This document shows, one piece after another, positions 62,601 through 64,000 of a DNA stretch of 64,000 bases; position 1 is the first letter of the stretch, and each line of letters opens with the position of its first letter. The translations under genes and the position numbers were made by a program. The notes beneath the pieces were generated by a model. It saw only the letters and a program-made list of their open reading frames with translations, was not told where the DNA came from and did no database searches. Origin of the DNA: Okamejei kenojei (taxonomy: Eukaryota); contig CM069137.1 in NCBI GenBank assembly GCA_035221665.1, forward strand, positions 54,808,001-54,872,000, written 5' to 3'.

Positions 62601-63954
62601 TTAGTCTGTAGCCTTCTAAGCAATTCACATGCTTATTGAGATTCTTCTTAAATGCAGTGTGTATCTGCCTCCACTGCCCATTCAGGCAGCACATTCCAGA
62701 TTCCAGTTACTCAGTGTGTGAAAAAAATAATCATTTTCAGGTCTCCTGTACCCTTACAATGGGTAATAGCCTCCAATTGTCTACACTGTTGACTGCCCCT
62801 CAGGATTGTATGTGTTTCAGGTTCCTCCAACTGTCTTCTGCAGCAAAGGAAACAATCCAAGCCTACCCAGTCTCTCGTGAAAAATGAAACTCCAGACATC
62901 ATTGTATTTTTTTGCGAATTTTTCTTCAGTTTGGTTATAAACTGAACAATGTTAACTTAGGGCAGAACATTTCCCCAGCAATCCCTAGGTTGTTGTTCCC
63001 AGGAGTTGCTAAACCTGGACTGCTGATCTGTAAACCTCACCTGACTGCTGAAATAGGCACTGGTAAACCATGGCCAGGAGGAGCACTGCAGGAAGACCGT
63101 GTTTGAATGAAATCTTAGGGTAATCACCACTCACAGTTAATGCCTCACTCTCTTATAAAGGACCTAACGCCTTTTGAGTCTGTGCTTGGAATAATCCCCA
63201 TCATATTTATACCCTCCCCCTAACTTGGCTCCCTGTGGGCACTCCTCTCTCACACACCTTCCCAATTCTTCAGTCCTCCACGCATGTCAGGGACAATTTA
63301 AACTGGCTATCCCACTGGTCCTTTGGATGTGGGAGGAGATCAGAGCACCTGGTAGAGGATAGACCACGCGATCGGAAGGTTAACGATAGACAGCACCCAA
63401 GGTCCGGATTGAAAGTGGGTCACTGGAGCAGCAGCACTGCCTGCTGCGCAACTGTGTCATTACTGAGGTGTTCCTGCTCCGACATTAATATTGCAGTGCT
63501 CAGTGGGCTATATTGAAGGGGATGGAGAACGACTCTACACCTATTCATCTATCCCGTCTTTATTTTGATGGTGACTGAAATCAAGGCCTGAGGTGTCGGG
63601 ACATCAGGAATAGAGTGCAGCCTGGAGGCCATGCCAGCTGCTCTGTCTGGACAGGAGCTGCCATTCAATATGTGACGGTGGTTGCATGCATGGAAATGGG
63701 ATAGGCATCAACATCCAAACAAGTTGAATGGAATTAATGTCTTCATTGTTTCAACCCTGTACCCTTTAACCCAGCTATTGATTCGCCATCGAATCTCCGA
63801 TTCATCTCCACGACGCCCGACAGCATCATGTTCCTATGGCAACGTCCCCGCTCCCGAATTACAGGGTATCGCATCACCTACCAACCCAAAGGAGGGCAAC
63901 TAATGGAGCTCAACCCACAGCCGCCAACCGTGGCCCAGGAAGCGATTATCACAG
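2992..63954 (+). CDS. fn1: Fibronectin, multi-exon and partial (FnI-6 to FnIII-14a; 32 exons including EDB and the EDA homolog)
   Basis: Exon translations are colinear with the fibronectin module order (I6-II1-II2-I7-I8-I9-III1..14 with EDB and EDA), GRGDSP lies in III-10, and AG/GT boundaries have matching phases. Orthologue versus paralogue is not resolved. Confidence 0.96.
3387..3810 (-). mobile_element. Helitron-like 3' portion with tandem repeats (right boundary approximate)
   Basis: Minus strand GGGACC-aaacg-GGTCCC hairpin, then acttggt-CTAG|T; internal ccccaacgcaa repeats shared with the 593-1543 element. Confidence 0.65.
4402..5144. mobile_element. PIF/Harbinger-type non-autonomous DNA transposon
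   Basis: TIRs AGGGGCTGaaCCACTGCGGtGAcCTAATC / GATTAGATCGCCGCAGTGGGACAGCCCCT; TAA TSD at 4399-4401 and 5145-5147. Confidence 0.88.
5394..5573 (+). CDS. fn1: Fibronectin exon, FnII-1
   Basis: [55 protein letters not shown]; donor T|gtaagt; tandem acceptors make the start uncertain by 3 nt; missed by the ORF track. Confidence 0.93.
6346..6525 (+). CDS. fn1: Fibronectin exon, FnII-2
   Basis: cag|...[58 protein letters not shown]|gtatgg. Confidence 0.95.
7487..7639 (+). CDS. fn1: Fibronectin exon, FnI-7
   Basis: ttccag|[52 protein letters not shown]|gtcagt. Confidence 0.95.
8111..8915 (+). mobile_element. Helitron-like non-autonomous element, GC-rich, containing a C58 tract
   Basis: 5' A|TCTTTATACTTTTAAAACTCTGTG resembles the other Helitron-like 5' ends; degenerate 3' end gtcccactgaaATAG|T. 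Confidence 0.5.
8491..8548. repeat. Poly-C tract, 58 nt
   Basis: Direct count. Confidence 0.95.
10067..10195 (+). CDS. fn1: Fibronectin exon, FnI-8
   Basis: tcacag|[44 protein letters not shown]|gtatat. Confidence 0.95.
11211..11434 (+). mobile_element. CR1/HER1 LINE 3' tail
   Basis: End of ORF2 followed by gaagggccgaatgacctactcctgcacc and a ctatgttt tail. Confidence 0.85.
11594..11654. repeat. (TA)n microsatellite
   Basis: About 30 TA units. Confidence 0.97.
12618..12755 (+). CDS. fn1: Fibronectin exon, FnI-9
   Basis: ctctag|[47 protein letters not shown]|gtaagg. Confidence 0.95.
16129..18110 (-). mobile_element. 5'-truncated, decayed CR1 LINE (RT region plus 3' tail) carrying nested insertions
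   Basis: Minus-strand ORF fragments [14 protein letters not shown]...[21 protein letters not shown] and FADDTKL; tail caatagacaata. Confidence 0.93.
17368..17531. mobile_element. Penelope-derived inverted-repeat element
   Basis: Hairpin gaaggagatagg...cttcttc-agac-gaagaagg...cctatctccttc; 13-bp TSD atcacattgaatg at 17355-17367 and 17532-17544. Confidence 0.75.
18524..19096. mobile_element. GC-rich non-autonomous DNA transposon (hAT-like termini, 6-bp TSD), copy 1
   Basis: TIR CAGAGATGCCAA/TTGGCATCTCTG; TSD AGTACG on both sides; subterminal TTACGG repeats. Confidence 0.88.
22831..22946 (+). CDS. fn1: Fibronectin exon, FnIII-1a
   Basis: ggcag|[39 protein letters not shown]|gtaagt; compare human SHPIQW...YILRWRP. 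Confidence 0.92.
23190..23505 (+). mobile_element. tRNA-derived HE1/V-SINE-like element
   Basis: B-box ggttcgatcc, central ttgtgcattctccctgtga domain, CR1-like tail ending ctctaaactaaa. Confidence 0.8.
23560..23900 (-). mobile_element. Rex/Babar-like LINE 3' fragment
   Basis: Minus-strand [35 protein letters not shown] resembles the Rex1 C-terminus. Confidence 0.7.
26282..27725 (-). mobile_element. Tc1 (IR/DR type) transposon with frameshifted DD34E transposase; right outer TIR missing
   Basis: Left TIR tagtggcttgcaaaag after a (TA)n run; transposase from the ATG at 27511 (MKPKEH...[32 protein letters not shown]) is split by frameshifts near 27170 and 26600. Confidence 0.93.
27824..27992 (+). 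CDS. fn1: Fibronectin exon, FnIII-1b
   Basis: tgcag|[57 protein letters not shown]|gtaagt. Confidence 0.94.
28804..28974 (+). CDS. fn1: Fibronectin exon, III-1/III-2 linker and FnIII-2a
   Basis: [42 protein letters not shown]|gtaagc; a second in-phase acceptor would start the exon at 28810. Confidence 0.92.
29905..30215 (+). mobile_element. HE1/V-SINE-like element
   Basis: gagttcgatcc B-box, conserved central domain, ctctaaactaa tail. Confidence 0.75.
31130..31714 (+). mobile_element. CR1 LINE 3' fragment
   Basis: ORF2 C-terminus ([27 protein letters not shown]) and a ctattgt tail; same family as 16129-18110. Confidence 0.9.
32028..32153 (+). CDS. fn1: Fibronectin exon, FnIII-2b
   Basis: tccag|[42 protein letters not shown]|gttggt. 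Confidence 0.93.
32249..32338 (+). CDS. fn1: Fibronectin exon, FnIII-3a
   Basis: ttgcag|[31 protein letters not shown]|gtacct; upstream intron is only 95 nt. Confidence 0.93.
33162..33356 (+). CDS. fn1: Fibronectin exon, FnIII-3b
   Basis: ctgcag|[66 protein letters not shown]|gtacaa; alternative in-phase donor after 33341. Confidence 0.93.
36271..36543 (+). CDS. fn1: Fibronectin exon, FnIII-4
   Basis: ttccag|[26 protein letters not shown]...[30 protein letters not shown]|gtaagt. Confidence 0.95.
38200..38466 (+). CDS. fn1: Fibronectin exon, FnIII-5
   Basis: atgcag|[30 protein letters not shown]...[30 protein letters not shown]|gtaagt; KLDAPT site retained. Confidence 0.95.
39095..39189 (+). 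CDS. fn1: Fibronectin exon, FnIII-6a
   Basis: tcacag|[32 protein letters not shown]|gtaaat. Confidence 0.93.
39329..39609 (+). mobile_element. CR1 LINE 3' end, near-identical to 56203-56481
   Basis: [15 protein letters not shown]...GRWD* followed by a ttatatgg tail. Confidence 0.9.
40266..40434 (+). CDS. fn1: Fibronectin exon, FnIII-6b
   Basis: taaag|[57 protein letters not shown]|gtaagt. Confidence 0.94.
41079..41159 (+). CDS. fn1: Fibronectin exon, FnIII-7a
   Basis: atgcag|[28 protein letters not shown]|gtaacg; compare human PLSPPTNL...VSWERSTTP. Confidence 0.88.
43186..43377 (+). CDS. fn1: Fibronectin exon, FnIII-7b
   Basis: tccag|[65 protein letters not shown]|gtaatt. Confidence 0.94.
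44334..44606 (+). CDS. fn1: Fibronectin alternatively spliced EDB (EIIIB) exon
   Basis: 273-nt phase 1-1 exon: [50 protein letters not shown]...[16 protein letters not shown]; donor G|gtgaat. Confidence 0.96.
44770..45798 (+). promoter_or_regulatory. RBFOX-type (T)GCATG intronic splicing enhancer cluster downstream of EDB
   Basis: TGCATG at 44770, 44813 and 45767; GCATG at 45292 and 45794; this is the intron in which mammalian EIIIB TGCATG enhancers lie. Confidence 0.6.
44945..45240 (+). mobile_element. HE1/V-SINE-like element, young copy
   Basis: gacccgggttcgatcccgact B-box, CpG-retaining body, gggccgaagggcctgtttcc...ctaaactaaactaa tail. Confidence 0.85.
45866..46045 (+). CDS. fn1: Fibronectin exon, FnIII-8a
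   Basis: cctag|[40 protein letters not shown]...SDNMVVLT G|gtggga. Confidence 0.94.
46845..46934 (+). CDS. fn1: Fibronectin exon, FnIII-8b
   Basis: cctcag|[31 protein letters not shown]|gtaact. Confidence 0.93.
48255..48520 (-). mobile_element. HE1/V-SINE-like element
   Basis: Reverse complement of the same SINE body. Confidence 0.75.
48775..49041 (+). CDS. fn1: Fibronectin exon, FnIII-9 (synergy-site module)
   Basis: tcacag|[22 protein letters not shown]...ERVPISRT...[14 protein letters not shown]...GQQST A|gtaagt. Confidence 0.95.
49510..49675. mobile_element. Penelope-derived inverted-repeat element
   Basis: aactcagcaggtcagg / cctgacctgctgagtt inverted arms around tttcgggtcgagacc. Confidence 0.65.
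50119..50235 (+). CDS. fn1: Fibronectin exon, FnIII-10a
   Basis: ctgcag|[40 protein letters not shown]|gtaggt. Confidence 0.94.
50591..50920. mobile_element. PIF/Harbinger-type MITE
   Basis: ~48-bp TIRs AAGCCCTGTCCCACGGTAC...; TTA TSD at 50588-50590 and 50921-50923. Confidence 0.9.
51237..51401 (+). CDS. fn1: Fibronectin exon, FnIII-10b with RGD
   Basis: aacag|[48 protein letters not shown]; RGD codons at 51350-51358; donor G|gtagga. Confidence 0.96.
51859..52436. mobile_element. Tc1/mariner (Tc2/pogo-like) MITE
   Basis: TA flanks; decayed TIRs TCATATTTCTCGGCAA / TTGCTGGGAAATACAG that differ only by transitions. Confidence 0.55.
52815..53009. mobile_element. Decayed Penelope-derived element flanked by a 24-bp direct repeat
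   Basis: cttcttgtggggcttgaacctaaa at 52791-52814 and 53010-53033. Confidence 0.55.
53926..54075 (+). CDS. fn1: Fibronectin exon, FnIII-11a
   Basis: ctacag|[51 protein letters not shown]|gtgcgt; divergent N-terminus, but the W...PVxGYRxT pattern is kept. Confidence 0.88.
54120..56481 (+). mobile_element. CR1 LINE, 5'-truncated ORF2 (APE C-terminal half plus RT), mildly decayed
   Basis: GDFN...LDL...SDH endonuclease motifs, [36 protein letters not shown]; in-frame TAG at 55401-55403, frameshifts near 55795 and 55975; ttatatgg tail. Confidence 0.96.
57877..57990 (+). CDS. fn1: Fibronectin exon, FnIII-11b
   Basis: tttcag|[39 protein letters not shown]|gtaggt. Confidence 0.94.
58230..58817. mobile_element. 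GC-rich non-autonomous DNA transposon (hAT-like termini, 6-bp TSD), copy 2
   Basis: TIR CAGAGATGCCAA/TTGGCATCTATG; TSD GAAGTG on both sides; internal ~84-bp tandem duplication. Confidence 0.88.
59574..59837 (+). CDS. fn1: Fibronectin EDA (EIIIA)-homologous exon, divergent; ancestral donor mutated, possible donor shift to 59861
   Basis: tggcag|[40 protein letters not shown]...[11 protein letters not shown]...IMGTHAV lies between III-11 and III-12; the homologous boundary reads G|ataggc. Confidence 0.7.
60013..60200 (+). CDS. fn1: Fibronectin exon, FnIII-12a
   Basis: ttgcag|[44 protein letters not shown]...ISGLM|gtgagt. Confidence 0.95.
60314..60401 (+). CDS. fn1: Fibronectin exon, FnIII-12b
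   Basis: acgcag|[30 protein letters not shown]|gtgagt. Confidence 0.93.
60840..61016 (+). CDS. fn1: Fibronectin exon, FnIII-13a
   Basis: ttccag|[60 protein letters not shown]|gtaaag. Confidence 0.94.
61930..62070 (-). mobile_element. 141-bp non-autonomous retroposon (Ingi/Vingi/RTE-like bipartite) with an (AAG)n tail
   Basis: Minus strand GGGGTGG...gcaagaagaagaag; 11-bp TSD tg(t/c)gctactgt at 61919-61929 and 62071-62081; inserted into a SINE. Confidence 0.8.
62017..62070 (-). ncRNA. Minimal HDV-like self-cleaving ribozyme motif
   Basis: GGGGUGG-AA-GAUUGCA-ACC-UUCAUGU-GGU-CCGCCCU-GUUUCGA-CGAA-UGCAAUC gives P1, P2, P3, L3 and J4/2. Confidence 0.8.
62372..62461 (+). CDS. fn1: Fibronectin exon, FnIII-13b
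   Basis: tcacag|[31 protein letters not shown]|gtgagg. Confidence 0.94.
63775..63954 (+). CDS. fn1: Fibronectin exon, FnIII-14a
   Basis: acccag|[61 protein letters not shown]|gtaaaa. Confidence 0.94.
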
Positions 63955-64000
63955 GTAAAAGTTGCCCATAAAAAAATATTGTCCACATTTGGCAATGATG

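Overview
Vertebrate genomic DNA, most likely a cartilaginous fish (skate/ray-type repeats: HE1/V-SINE-like SINEs, HER1/CR1 LINEs, Penelope-derived hairpins). The whole window lies inside one + strand fibronectin gene. I traced 32 exons with consistent splice phases, from FnI-6 through FnII-1/2, FnI-7..9, FnIII-1..7, EDB, FnIII-8..11, an EDA homolog, FnIII-12/13 and FnIII-14a; both gene ends lie outside the window. RGD is intact. EDB is strongly conserved and followed by RBFOX TGCATG motifs. The EDA exon has lost its ancestral GT donor (now AT) but has an in-frame GTAAGC donor 24 nt downstream. The HepII PRRARV motif has become PRQFNV. Introns hold CR1 and Rex LINEs, Tc1, Harbinger and Tc2-type MITEs, Helitron-like elements and a two-copy GC-rich DNA transposon with 6-bp TSDs. 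The most notable non-gene signals are a 141-bp TSD-flanked mini-retroposon whose 5' end folds as a complete minimal HDV-like ribozyme, Penelope-derived hairpins with hammerhead cores, an exon reading in frame into a CR1 ORF2, and a possible decayed retroviral env-like region. All comparisons with human fibronectin use the sequence recalled from memory and were made by eye.
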